A stretch of 64,000 nt of DNA from Setoptus koraiensis. Lineage: Eukaryota; Animalia; Arthropoda. This document shows, in pieces, positions 10,474-21,602 of the stretch; position 1 is the first letter of the stretch, and each line of letters begins with the position of its first letter. Location: positions 10,912,001-10,976,000 of the forward strand of contig CM106585.1 in NCBI GenBank assembly GCA_048013815.1, written 5' to 3'. The notes beneath the pieces were generated by a model, which saw nothing but the letters and a program-made list of their open reading frames with translations, was not told the origin of the DNA and searched no databases. The position numbers and the translations under genes are program-made.

Positions 10474-12258
10474 ATGATAGAGTCAAATGTGTCCGACAGT
10501 GATGGCCACACAACTGGCTCTAGCTCATCTATTGCTCTTTATGACCAAGATATTAATTCGGATCTGCCAGATAGCAAGTGGCAATTGCAAGCACTGGAAA
10601 ACAAATACAGGAATCTTATCAAATCCATTGTTAATGGCAGTAGCAAAATATCAACAGTAAAAAAGTCCAATTCGCGAGATGGCGATGATGATGAACAATT
10701 CAATTTGGAGCATTGTCCTAGCTTGTCAAACTCTTCGTCCAGTGAAACAATCAGCAGAAAAGTTGTTACATCACTATCAGATGATGAATTGAAAATAAAA
10801 CTCCTCGACAAATTGTGTCGAATCCAAGTGAAACTAAACGATCTTATTGAACGCGAAGCTTTTTCGTTGGATGAAAATCGAACGGCCGCAAGCAACAACA
10901 ATGGATTATATGCAGGTAATCAATCGAGCATCGGTTCGATAGCTTCCTGTAACGGGCACAAACTCGCCATGTCCGACAGCGATTACCAGCTGGATCCGTT
11001 CAATTTTCTTGCCTCCATCTACAACACCTTACAATATAATGCAGCCACTAATGTGGCATCAACAACAAACAGTGTTAGTACTATCTGCGATTATTGTGGT
11101 AAAAGAATCAACAGATTTGGCTATTCCACACTATCTAGTATAACGTCGGCAGTTATGAGACCACTGGGATCATCATTGAACTCATTGAGGTCAGGATTAT
11201 CAAATGATTTATTGACATGCGAATATTGTCTCTATCAAATACATGAGCATTGTTTTGAGCTGGCCTCTGGAGCCGTTTTTTCGAGCACTGAAAGTGCTTC
11301 GGACAGAAGCCGCAAACAACAGGAGGCCAAAGAGAATACGAGAAGGGGTAGCCTGCAATGTGATCAGCAAAACTCGTTGAATCGTATCAGGCCGTGTCCG
11401 AAGATTATTCTCGATCAATATGATTTACCAAATCATCAATTTATATCTGCCGACCAAGTCATAAACAGTCAGAATAGACCCATAGGACAATACACTAGTG
11501 AATTACTTATAATGAAAATATGTCCCGAAGTCGGCCTACATTCGCAAGATTTTGCTTGTGCAGATTGTGGTGCACACATCAACATTTCTAGTAGCCGTTT
11601 GTGCCATTATGACGGAAGATACTATTGTTTCAAGTGCCATACAGGAGACGAAATGAGTCCAATACCAGCCAGAATAATTAGGAATTGGGATTTTACACCT
11701 AAAGCTGTGTGTCGGACATCGTGGCATAAGATTTGTTTTATCAGAAACAAGCCAATATTGTTCAATTTATTCGAAATGAACTCAATGCTCTACGGATTTA
11801 TTGATAGATTGATTGATATCAAACAAGTAAGAGAGAGTCTTAAGTCAATGCTCAATTATCTGAAATTCTGTGGTCAACCTCAGAGGCCTAAACTATCGTC
11901 AGTGCCAGCTCATTTCCTAAATGATGATCTTATCAAATATTACAGTTTGAATGACTTATTAAATATCCAACAAGTCTACGAGTCATTATGTTCGCTACAA
12001 GCAACATTGGAGCAGCACATTGTGAAATCCTGTGAATCTTGTCGAGGCAAAGGATTCTTCTGTGAAATGTGTAAAGACGAAGAGGATATACTATTCCCTT
12101 TTTCGCACAATGCCTTAAGTTGTAATAAATGCAGCGCGGTTTATCATAAGAATTGTTATAACAGGAAGAAAAAGAATTGTCCTAAATGTATCAGACTGAA
12201 GAGAAAGGAAGAACAGTCAGAAATGCCTCCAGCTACCACCCATTTTGTTGAGAGTTGA
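10474..12258 (+). CDS. DEF8: DEF8 homolog (C1 zinc fingers plus Rubicon-homology domain), single exon, 594 aa
   Basis: CDYC..CEYC..IHEHC C1-like region; GLHSQDFACADC..RLCHYDGRYYCFKCH..IPARIIRNWDF; C-terminal CESCRGKGFFCEMC..C..CSAVYHKNC..CPKC. Confidence 0.85.
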   Translation: MIESNVSDSDGHTTGSSSSIALYDQDINSDLPDSKWQLQALENKYRNLIKSIVNGSSKISTVKKSNSRDGDDDEQFNLEHCPSLSNSSSSETISRKVVTSLSDDELKIKLLDKLCRIQVKLNDLIEREAFSLDENRTAASNNNGLYAGNQSSIGSIASCNGHKLAMSDSDYQLDPFNFLASIYNTLQYNAATNVASTTNSVSTICDYCGKRINRFGYSTLSSITSAVMRPLGSSLNSLRSGLSNDLLTCEYCLYQIHEHCFELASGAVFSSTESASDRSRKQQEAKENTRRGSLQCDQQNSLNRIRPCPKIILDQYDLPNHQFISADQVINSQNRPIGQYTSELLIMKICPEVGLHSQDFACADCGAHINISSSRLCHYDGRYYCFKCHTGDEMSPIPARIIRNWDFTPKAVCRTSWHKICFIRNKPILFNLFEMNSMLYGFIDRLIDIKQVRESLKSMLNYLKFCGQPQRPKLSSVPAHFLNDDLIKYYSLNDLLNIQQVYESLCSLQATLEQHIVKSCESCRGKGFFCEMCKDEEDILFPFSHNALSCNKCSAVYHKNCYNRKKKNCPKCIRLKRKEEQSEMPPATTHFVES

Positions 12259-12323
12259 GTTGCATGGTGGGATCCTTTGAATTTAAATGTGTTACAATAC
12301 TGATAATATATTATTGGCAATTT
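12250..12323. repeat. ~74-bp direct repeat (partner ~14092-14165)
   Basis: GAGAGTTGAGTTGCATGGTGGGATCCTTTGAATTTAAATGTGTTACAATACTGATAATATATTATTGGCAATTT versus GAGAATTCAGTTGCTTGGTGGGATCTTTTTAATTTAAATGTGTGACAATACTGATAATATATTATTGGCAATTT. Confidence 0.85.
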
Positions 12324-12597
12324 GTCAGCGGCGCAGGGGCTAACAAGCAGTAAGCATTAGAGTGAGATGGTTTTGTTTGTTATGGCACATTAATTTGGTT
12401 CAGTGCTTCGTTGACCGCGAGGCGGCAGCAACGTAAAATACCGCAGTGTGAACATGTGTTGTACAAAAACATGTGTTACAAGATCATTTTTAGAGGTTTG
12501 AGCTGACTGTGCAATCTCACCTTGAGTTCCAAGATTGAAATGTTTTATTCTTAGTTATGAGTAGTGCGATAAAAATTTGCGAGTGACTTGATTACCG

Positions 12598-13048
12598 ATG
12601 TCTATCGACAGAAATACAGATATCACCAGTGAAGATACACATGGAACTTGTTATGAGGACATCGACGAAGAAGAATGCGATGAAATTGTAATCGAATTTG
12701 AGGGAAATTTCGACATAACAAGTGTAGACAACAAGAACTTTAAATTCCTCGTAAGTTTTCTTTTTACGTAACTTCACAGATCTTATAACTTTTGAATCTC
12801 GCTTACATATTTGTGTTTGATTGTGATCATCCTCTCAGGGCTTGGATACAGATGAACCAATATTACAGATAGGCCAAACATTCTACAAGGCTAATTTTCA
12901 CAATACTATTGGAACAAGCCTAATTTTCGAATGTGACAAAGAGCAGAGACTCAAATACCTCACCAAGTCTGATAAGAAAATTATAATGAAAAGAGTGTTC
13001 CTGAAGCCCAAGGAAGATCGACAGTCTAAACAGGAAGAATCTCACTAA
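12598..13048 (+). CDS. GTF3C6: General transcription factor IIIC subunit 6 (TFIIIC35-like); exons 12598-12750, 12839-13048
   Basis: Acidic N-terminus EDIDEEECDEIVIEFEG, then KFL|GLDTDEPILQIGQTFYKANFHNTIGTSLIFE..LKYLTKSDKKIIMKRVFL. Phase-0 GTAAGT...CAG intron. Confidence 0.75.
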
Positions 13049-13059
13049 ATTTGTGTATT

Positions 13060-13233
13060 ATGACTGCAACCAAACTTCGTCAGAGGTATCCCCCTGCCTT
13101 TAAACGGTGTATGTCGGAGGCCATCGAGTACGGTCGCTGCGTTTCGGCTGCCTTAGATCTGAAACATAAAGTCTGCGATAAGGAGTTTATAGCGCTCAAA
13201 AAATGTTTTCTCAAAGCAGTAGGATCCAAGTAG
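13060..13233 (+). CDS. NDUFAF8: NDUFAF8-like complex I assembly factor (twin CX9C), 57 aa
   Basis: LRQRYPPAFKRCMSEAIEYGRCV..LKHKVCDKEFIALKKCF; the CX9C-CX9C spacing and the YGRCV motif are typical of NDUFAF8. Confidence 0.75.
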   Translation: MTATKLRQRYPPAFKRCMSEAIEYGRCVSAALDLKHKVCDKEFIALKKCFLKAVGSK

Positions 13234-13318
13234 TTGAAATGAAATAGAAGAATACGTAAAGATATTGTCGCAAATACTTTTCCTTGCACCATTCGTTTTC
13301 ACGCTTAACATCCGCCAT

Positions 13319-13636
13319 AGAGACTCAAAGGCCTGACCGAGTCAGATCAGAAAATTATAATAAAACCAAAGAAAAATCGACAAAGTAAACGGAAACAGGA
13401 ACAATCTCACTAGATTTGTTTATTATGACTTCGACCAAACTTAAACAGAGGTATCCTCCTACCTTTAAACGGTGTTTGCGAGAAGCCATTGAGTCGGTGC
13501 GTTTCGGCTGCCATAGATCTGAAACTTAGTCTTCGACAAAGAGTTTATAGCGCTCAAGAAATGTTTTCTCAAGGCAGTGGGATATTGTTTCAACTACTTT
13601 TCCTCACACCATTCGTTTTCTCGTTTTACATCCGCC
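13319..13636 (+). pseudogene. Second unit of a ~370-bp tandem duplication: GTF3C6 tail remnant plus frameshifted NDUFAF8 copy, ending in the intact SKP1 3' end
   Basis: Collinear with 12945-13316. The NDUFAF8 copy (ATG ~13425) lacks 5 nt at GAGT(A)CGGT(CGCT)GCG. The first unit carries a SKP1 tail remnant at 13261-13316 ([13 protein letters not shown] on the minus strand). Confidence 0.8.
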
Positions 13637-14085
13637 TCCTCTTCAGGAGTGAAGTCATTCTGGATGTTGAATGTCCTTCTGATTTCTTCGGGATACTTTC
13701 CCTTTATCTGGTTGGCAACTGTTTTACATGCCGAATCTAGTAAACCCTCTATTCCTAAGTAGTTTGCTGCTAATAACAGTTCAAAGAGAGTTCCTTGATC
13801 CACTTTGAGAAAATCGACGTCCCAGGCGCTTATATCATCTGTGCGCTTTTCTCTGGCCTCGTCATCGTCCCGATTTGTGGCGTCGTCTTTGTGGTAAGTG
13901 GCCCACTGTATCACTCGCTTCAAAATGGCGCCGGTAACGTTCTGGAGAGGTATGGGATCGTCCTCATCGCTTTGAACATCAATTTGGTCCATCATAGTTT
14001 TTATCGTTGTCGAGGCCGCAATAATGTCTCTCTCGACATCAAATACCTCACCATCTGCACTTTGTAATTTTATTGTGAGACCCAT
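13594..14085 (-). CDS. SKP1: S-phase kinase-associated protein 1, single exon, 163 aa
   Basis: [98 protein letters not shown]. Confidence 0.97.
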   Translation of the reverse strand: MGLTIKLQSADGEVFDVERDIIAASTTIKTMMDQIDVQSDEDDPIPLQNVTGAILKRVIQWATYHKDDATNRDDDEAREKRTDDISAWDVDFLKVDQGTLFELLLAANYLGIEGLLDSACKTVANQIKGKYPEEIRRTFNIQNDFTPEEEADVKRENEWCEEK

Positions 14086-14279
14086 TTTCTTGAGAATTCA
14101 GTTGCTTGGTGGGATCTTTTTAATTTAAATGTGTGACAATACTGATAATATATTATTGGCAATTTTATTTACTGTTTGCGTATATTTATTTATTTCGTTG
14201 ATATCGAGAAAGAAATGATTGACTGTGATACATCCTCCTTAGAAAATATTTCTACGGGAAGATGAAAATGCCAACCGTC

Positions 14280-14457
14280 TCTGCGCAGAACTGAGCGGCA
14301 AATTTGATTCACAGTCCTTTGAATCAAAGGCTTTGATATTTCAAGTAATTCTCTTGAAAGAGGTTGGCTCTTCAAAATCAAGCCAGAAGACGAGAAAGAG
14401 CTGGATAAACTCATGAATGAAACACAATATGGTACCTATTCAGATCTGAAAAGATGA
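14280..14457 (+). pseudogene. Possible glycine cleavage H-protein (GCSH)-like C-terminal remnant
   Basis: Reads SSNSLERGWLFKIKPEDEKELDKLMNETQYGTY, resembling the GCSH C-terminus (..GW(L/I)..K....EL..LM...AY). No start codon, and a stop or frameshift lies just upstream. Confidence 0.45.
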
Positions 14458-14964
14458 ATTACAATTGAGCTACATTTGCATACTGTATAGAGTGAGGGCC
14501 CATCGAAAATATTTTGGTCCATCACACTCCCGCTTCGATTTAAAACTGGCGCATAGAATAAAGTAAAATTCATCCTATTGTATTCCGATCGGCTGTGAGA
14601 TGAAAAGACAATTCGTTCACGTTCACGTATTATTATTAGATTCATTAGCTATCATTGCACACCCGATATTATCCTACTCCAACCAGGATTTCTCTTCCCG
14701 TCCGCCACACGCACCAGTATACCGAACCACTTTATCACCTTCAAAGAATGTCAAACTTTTAGATCTCATGACAATTGTGTCTTGAGGAGAAGTCCACCCA
14801 ATTGTCCCGAACGACCATGTATACTACTGATTACAACTACTCTAGAAAATCTGGATAAGAAGGTCGAATGCGTTATCAAATATCAGTGAACAAAATTATC
14901 GATTATCGCTAAAATTTATCGTGATCCGATCTTAATTTACTTTCTATTTTCAGTATAGCACATT

Positions 14965-16065
14965 ATGGATTCTTGGTCATCAGTTGCAGCAGTATTTGTT
15001 GTGCTAGCTTTATTGTCATCATTTTGGGAAATAACCAATCATTTAATATACTTCAATAAGCCATATCTACAAAAATACATCGTAAGAATACTATGGATGG
15101 TACCCATCTATTCATTGAATGCCTGGGTGGCAATGACTCTTCCTAAACTCGGAGTATACCTAGACATTATGCGCGAATGTTACGAAGCCTTTGTTATCTA
15201 CAGTTTCATGAAATACCTATTGAACTATCTCCATTATGACACAAGTTTACAAAATTATATTGATTTTAAACCAGGAGTTAAGCATCTGTTTCCGTTGTGT
15301 TTCTTGAAACCATGCCCAGGTGGAAGACTTTTCTTAATAAGATGTCGCCATGGCATACTACAATATACAGTTATTAGGCCACTTACCACCTTCTTGGCTG
15401 TTATTAGTCAATTGATTGGTATCTATGGCGAAGGAAACTATAACCCATTTGCATTTAACACTTATCCGTACTTACTACTAGTCAACAATATCTCGCAGAT
15501 AACTGCCATGTATTGCTTGGTGATATTTTATACGGGATACAAAAGAGACCTACAGCCAATGAATCCACTTCCTAAATTTTTGTGCATAAAATTGGTAGTG
15601 TTTTTCTCATTCTTTCAGTCTGTCGTCATATCTGGATTGATAGAGTTACAATACTTCAAGACTTTCATGGACTCACTATTTTCCACCACCACTGACGACC
15701 CACTGGCTGTAGCTAGAAAACTTCAAGACTTTCTCATCTGTATTGAAATGTTGTTTGCATCTATCGCGCATCATTTTGCTTACTCACACAAACCTTACGT
15801 CGACCCAGATTCAGAAAATAATGAATCATGTTGTTTAGCATTTGTCAGAACTTTGGATTTGAGTGATGAAAGGAATGACGTCTCCGATCATCTTTATCAA
15901 GCACTTTTAAAAGTTAAGAATTCCTTCAAATTCCGAGATAGATCCTCGGCGCCGACTGTGATGATATCGGACTTCACCGATCCAGAATACACACCTTTAG
16001 TCAACCTGAATCCACATGCAAGTTCATCGACAAAGAGTTACGAAGCTTTGCCCAGCGTTATTTGA
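14965..16065 (+). CDS. TMEM184C: TMEM184C-like organic solute transporter (OST-alpha family); an upstream exon may be missing
   Basis: HLIYFNKPYLQKYIVRILWMVPIYS..RECYEAFVIYSF..GILQYTVIRP..PKFLCIKLVVFFSFFQ..LQDFLICIEMLFASIAHHFAYSHKPY. Confidence 0.85.
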   Translation: MDSWSSVAAVFVVLALLSSFWEITNHLIYFNKPYLQKYIVRILWMVPIYSLNAWVAMTLPKLGVYLDIMRECYEAFVIYSFMKYLLNYLHYDTSLQNYIDFKPGVKHLFPLCFLKPCPGGRLFLIRCRHGILQYTVIRPLTTFLAVISQLIGIYGEGNYNPFAFNTYPYLLLVNNISQITAMYCLVIFYTGYKRDLQPMNPLPKFLCIKLVVFFSFFQSVVISGLIELQYFKTFMDSLFSTTTDDPLAVARKLQDFLICIEMLFASIAHHFAYSHKPYVDPDSENNESCCLAFVRTLDLSDERNDVSDHLYQALLKVKNSFKFRDRSSAPTVMISDFTDPEYTPLVNLNPHASSSTKSYEALPSVI

Positions 16066-16827
16066 GTTCTTCATCTGTTCAGTTTTCAACTACAACTATT
16101 TGAGTGAGAGGAGTCGATGTGTGTAGATGTTGCAACTCGAATCAGCTATGCAAACGATTATCTTCAAAATGATTGAATTTTACTAATTTCTGCCTATGTC
16201 TTTGTTGGTAGTCTTATAGGATGTAATGACTAATAAAAACAAGTTCCTAACGTCAAATCATCTATCGATCTATGACGCATAGCATAACATCTCGCAGAAT
16301 AGAGTCCGAGGATAGAACTATCGAATATCGGATTCTATGTGATTGTTGTGTCTGATTATTCATTTTCTCATACCATCGGAGGCTGCATAATTATCCATCC
16401 AAAGACTTTTTGTATATCGAGTTCCAAAGATTCCAAAGACACCGGACAGGTAGGGCCAGTTTAATTATGGCACCATGGTGTCTGTTGTCTAGACAATTTT
16501 TTTCCGATTGGTAAGGTGTAAGAGAGTTTTCTATATTTAGGTTAACTCGGCATCATCACGAATAGAAATAGATATTTTATTTTTCTCTCTCTCTCTCTCA
16601 TCCCTCAAGTGCGAGTCCGATTTTCGCAAGTTCTTGCTAACACTTGTATTCTTATCACAGGGCTAACCGTGGATAACGAACAATAATGAAAACCGAGACT
16701 TGAATCACTTGGATGCTTAGAACGAGTCCTCCTTCATTATCATAACATAAAAGTCGCTTCCATCTGTGAACACCATAAAATATTCGATCTAATTATCGGA
16801 TACATTAAGAAAGTGTATAATAATACG

Positions 16828-18300
16828 ATGACGGAGCAAGCATTCAGGAACGAAACAAATGATGGTGCTCGAACAAAAAAGATGCTTTTTGCATTCTTTC
16901 CAGCTGAGGGCCACGGTCACATCAATCCGGCAATTAGCATGGCAAACGAGCTCAGAAAAAGAGGTCACGGCACGGTGTTCTTGTGTATCAGCGATATTGG
17001 TTCAGTAGATAATCACCATGTGATTTGTTTACAGCAATTGAGACAACAGGCAAACAGTAACTCAACTGAGGACTCTCAAGAGATCAGTGAGGCAGACCGA
17101 AGAATGGCAAAACAAATGCAAAATGTTGCTTATGGAACCAAGAGCCGATACGAAATTCTCATTGATTTGTATCAGAATTGGGGCCGTCTCACAGATCAAC
17201 TCTCAGATCCTATTTGGAATCAACTGCTCAGGGATGCCATCATTGATTTGAAACCTGATGTTGTTATTGTAGACCATTCTTTTGTTATACCTGCAATAAT
17301 GACACCATCTTACAAGCAAAAATGGGTCAAGGTGCACTCAGCTAATCCTCTGAGATTATATGGACAAATCCGGCCAGACTTATTCCCGGCTCCTTATCTA
17401 GGTGTGTCTGTCAGTTGTTCTACTAAAGCTGAAAGAGCACTTAGTTGGCATCAATACCATACTGCTTCGAAGCCCATACTTCCGCTTGCGAAGCATCTCG
17501 CTGACGCGGCTCAATTGGATTTGTCAGACTTGAGCTATATGATGCCCGATTCACCTTATCTGAATCTCTATACATATCCAAGCGAATTGGACTATAATCA
17601 AGAGTTGGGTCACCCGTTAGAAGGCTGGGTCCGCATTCAGTGCATGAACAGACCAAAGCAAGAGATAAAAAACATACTTGATAACCGTGACAGATCAACG
17701 AAAATGTCACTGTTGCAATCACTTGATATACCTGAGGAGTTACGTGATTTTGTCAAGTTGTCGCTCGAACCAAAACCAGCTGAAGACGATAAGAAATTGA
17801 TATTTTTGTCGCTCGGCACAATTGCATGTATGGACGTAGCAATGATGGAGCGGATGGTCAGATTATTGGCCGGCACGCCATATCAGATCATTGTTTCCAA
17901 AGGTGCTAAACACAATGAATTTAGTTTGGCATCGAACATGTGGGGCGCCAAGCATGTGCCTCAGAGAGAGATTTTGCTATTGGTTGATCTGGTTATTACA
18001 CATGGCGGCAATAATACAATAACTGAATGTCTCTACTCTGGTGTTTCGTCCATAATAGTATGCCCAATGTTTTGCGATCAATTTGATAACGCAGTGCGAA
18101 TGGAAGAGAAACATTTGGCTGCCACTGTGGATCTAAGCCATCCTGAATCGGATCAATTGTTGCTCGATACCATAGAGAAAGCGCTGGTGGACAACGTGAT
18201 GAAAGACAATATCAATAGAGTTAGTAACGAAATGCGTCAACCAAATGAGGGCCCAGAAAAAGCTGCTGAACTCATTGAAAAATTGGCATCGATAGATTGA
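16828..18300 (+). CDS. UDP-glycosyltransferase (GT1), cytosolic bacterial/mite type, intronless
   Basis: N-terminal GHGHINP catalytic-His motif; C-terminal signature VPQREIL..VDLVITHGGNNTITECL..PMFCDQFDNA. No signal peptide and no C-terminal TM helix. ATG at 16828 is preferred to the track's GTG at 16813. Confidence 0.9.
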   Translation: MTEQAFRNETNDGARTKKMLFAFFPAEGHGHINPAISMANELRKRGHGTVFLCISDIGSVDNHHVICLQQLRQQANSNSTEDSQEISEADRRMAKQMQNVAYGTKSRYEILIDLYQNWGRLTDQLSDPIWNQLLRDAIIDLKPDVVIVDHSFVIPAIMTPSYKQKWVKVHSANPLRLYGQIRPDLFPAPYLGVSVSCSTKAERALSWHQYHTASKPILPLAKHLADAAQLDLSDLSYMMPDSPYLNLYTYPSELDYNQELGHPLEGWVRIQCMNRPKQEIKNILDNRDRSTKMSLLQSLDIPEELRDFVKLSLEPKPAEDDKKLIFLSLGTIACMDVAMMERMVRLLAGTPYQIIVSKGAKHNEFSLASNMWGAKHVPQREILLLVDLVITHGGNNTITECLYSGVSSIIVCPMFCDQFDNAVRMEEKHLAATVDLSHPESDQLLLDTIEKALVDNVMKDNINRVSNEMRQPNEGPEKAAELIEKLASID

Positions 18301-19362
18301 AAAAACTGAATTTCTTTGGCAGACAATTCGTTGACCGATTTTCTTGTTTTAACTTTTTTCACGTATCTATCATCATTCCTCATTTCTGATTATACATTTC
18401 ATGAGGTTTCTTCATCTTCTATTAGCTACATCTTTTTATGATGATGGCACAGAGCCTACATTCCAACAATGACAATGGGTCTGTTCTTAAAAATGAGTTC
18501 ATTAATACAATTGTATCAAGGCGAATTTCCAAAATATCATGGTGATTAATCTTGTGGTTGTTTGTCGGTTTAGCTTGCGTTACAGAGGATAAACATCAAA
18601 TATCGGTGATGAGTTATCATATCTTCAATAAATAAAATATGTCTTCTGTACGATGTTAGCAGTCAGCAACTTTCTTAACTCTAGATGATAATATTCAGGG
18701 GTTCAGAATCGAAATTTTTCTAGTGATGACGAAACTCTTTGGCCAACCTACCCTACACACTTGAGACTCCCTTGATTTCTCAAATCGGAAAATAGGCAAG
18801 GTTTTCATGGAACATTGCCTGTTGAGTCTCAACCAGATGTCGATGATTATTTTTTGAATTTTGTGATTACAAAAAACCGAAAAATGCTTCAAGATACGGT
18901 CTAGATAATCGAATTAGACTGGCAAGAACCGAAAAATCTGAGGTCAGATGTCAAAAAACCAATTTTGTTTCATTTTGGCTATCGATTCTGCTCTCCCCAA
19001 TGATAATAGACGAAGTGGTATTATCTATGATCTCCTATGATTTGAAAGCTAATGATAATTAATCAATGCGATCATCTACTGAATCATACGTAAATGTTAC
19101 ACCATCTTTAATGAGAGATAACAATCTCAATCGAGCACGGGATATCTTGACGCCATCAATTGGTTACATTTTTATTCAACGCCCATGTCAAGCTCGAAGA
19201 AACTAATCGAATGTTGCCGCATGATTATCCTCTCGGAATTATTCGTCGTCATCCGAATGCTTACGACCCCGATATTGATGCAAATCTAATTGTTGACTCT
19301 CGAACATAACTAAGAAATTAACGCTCTCTGGCCATTCATTGGCGAAAATAAAATAGCTCATC

Positions 19363-21265
19363 ATGGTAAATCACTTTGAATCGAATCCAATAATATTCAA
19401 TCTTCATCTCTTGGTATCTTTGCTGAGTGCCGGCTTAATTCTAACAATAATAATTCAAAATATCCAAGCCGTCAAGATCAATTCATGTGAGCCTCCATTC
19501 AAGAATTCCACAGAAGCGCTCGATGAAACGCATGGAGTTCTCGTTGTGTATCCTACAATCGCATCCAATACATCATGTGTATGGTTTTCTCCAGCATCTC
19601 CGTTGTTGCTGAACTTTAGAAATGTCAAATTAGCCAACGATGACGGCATTGTCATCAGGTCATCATTTAACGGAACAAGCAAGTTGTTTTCACCGAAAAA
19701 CGTATCAGGATTGATAGTATTGGAGAAGGGCGACTGGTACATCGACGTGAAATTCGGTCCCAGCGAAGAAGTGCGACGTCTGGATATTGATTATAGTAGA
19801 AATCTCTATTTGAACTTGACCGTTGATCAAGCCAAACAATTGATAATCAATGAACCTATTCTCAATGGTGGTGAAGAGTCTGATGAAAATCTCAAGTTTG
19901 ATGTGAAAATTGAACGAACATCTTATTTGGTAAAGACATTGTTGCGAACAATCTCGCCAAACTCAACCTATTTGACTGTAAAATCACCCGCGCACATAAT
20001 GAAAAATGGCTTCATTTATGGCGACCATGATCCAATAGAGCTCACAATAAATCCAAAACCCGGCAAACAGTTCGTCATAGAAGTTCTTGATGTGTCCGCG
20101 GGATGTTCATCTTATTCAGCCAACCCTGTAGATAAGACAATCCATTTGGTAAATCCGCTTCGAGAATACTACATGAGTCAGGGGTAATGTATCGGCGCAT
20201 CGTATTTTCAGCAAGATTCAAAGCTGTTACTTCTCTAATTAGCATGTTACAGTTTAGGATCTAATTACTTTGACTAATCATGTCTTACCCAATAGGTACC
20301 TCAAAACACCAAAGGACTATGGATCGTATGCTTGTGCACAATTGATGACCTTGAGTGATCCAGAAACTTCTTTCGAAGTAGATTTTTCCTCGTTTAAGGA
20401 CCTAGATCTCATTAGAGGCTACAATATTACTTTGTTAGACTCATCATCTTCTCTGATCATCAATAGTTCAGTGGCAAAAGATTACGTGGCAAGGATTATT
20501 CCTTTTAGAAGCGAAGAGCTAGTTATTTTATATGAATCGTCTGGTGACAAAGATTTGTATTTTGATTCGAAAGACATTAAAATAAACGTGGGACTAATTT
20601 TGCACAATCATCCATCTGGACTAATTCGAAGGCCCATAGCGTACAGATCAATTAAATTCATCACTTATTACTACTACAGTCCATACGCATATGCGTCAAT
20701 TAAATTAAGTCACCCGTTACCTCCGGCAGTTTCAATGGCTATTCATGAGAATGATCGCGCTAATGAGCCTCTTGTTACATTCAGAGCGAATGAAATTCTC
20801 CCGCCAAGCATTTCTTTAGGTTACAATAAAACATTGGTGGTACACTTCAGTTCAGCGATTGAAGGCAAACCTTTAGTTGATTTGCCAGATTATTATCTTA
20901 TATCACAGGACGATTCTTGTTATAAATTGTCCACTAAATTACAAACTGATTATTTTTTGATCAACAGTACAACGCATAAAGAATGTATTTGGCTTATAAA
21001 AGTTGGGGGACCATACGATACACAATTGGTACTATCATTGGACCATTTAGATTTTCAAAATGAAGATGATTGTTATAAAGTTTCAACAATCAGTACAACT
21101 TTGGGCGAAGATGTGGTAGCCAGCGGATGTGGTAGCAAAAAGGAAGATTCATCTCGAAAAATAAAACTCAATCGGAGACTAAAGCATTATGTTAAGGTCG
21201 TTAAAGGCAAAAGAACTCCTTCGGTGTCTTTTCGCTTCAGTTATCGCTTTATGATACCCACATAA
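19363..21265 (+). CDS. Secreted protein with divergent CUB-like domains; probably two exons (19363-~20148, 20258-21265)
   Basis: N-terminal hydrophobic segment; CUB-like SCVWF..LLLNFRNVKL and ECIWLIKV..QLVLSLDHLDFQNEDDC..GCG; no TM helix. The intron GTAAAT(20149)..TTTAG(20257) joins the two ORFs in frame, but the donor is tentative. Confidence 0.55.
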
Positions 21266-21602
21266 AATGATGGTGAGTTAAACTATTATTTAGATTAAGT
21301 ACACTTATAAACACAGAACGACACCTATAGAGACCTGGACGGTGTTCAGTTGGAAGTGAAGCTAATCCCACCTGGTTTATGTTGGCTTCGTAGTTGAAAA
21401 GTAAAGAATAAATAAATAGAATCACAACATTCAAAGGAATTCATTGCGAATAGATTTGACGCAACTTGATTGTTAATCAGTGAAAAGCAAAAGTTTATTA
21501 AAGAGAAATGTTGCTTGCCTATAGACTGTTAACCTTAGATTGCTTCGGTTTTTATAACAGTTTATAACCCATCATAGCCGATATCAAGGAAAAGAATTGA
21601 GA

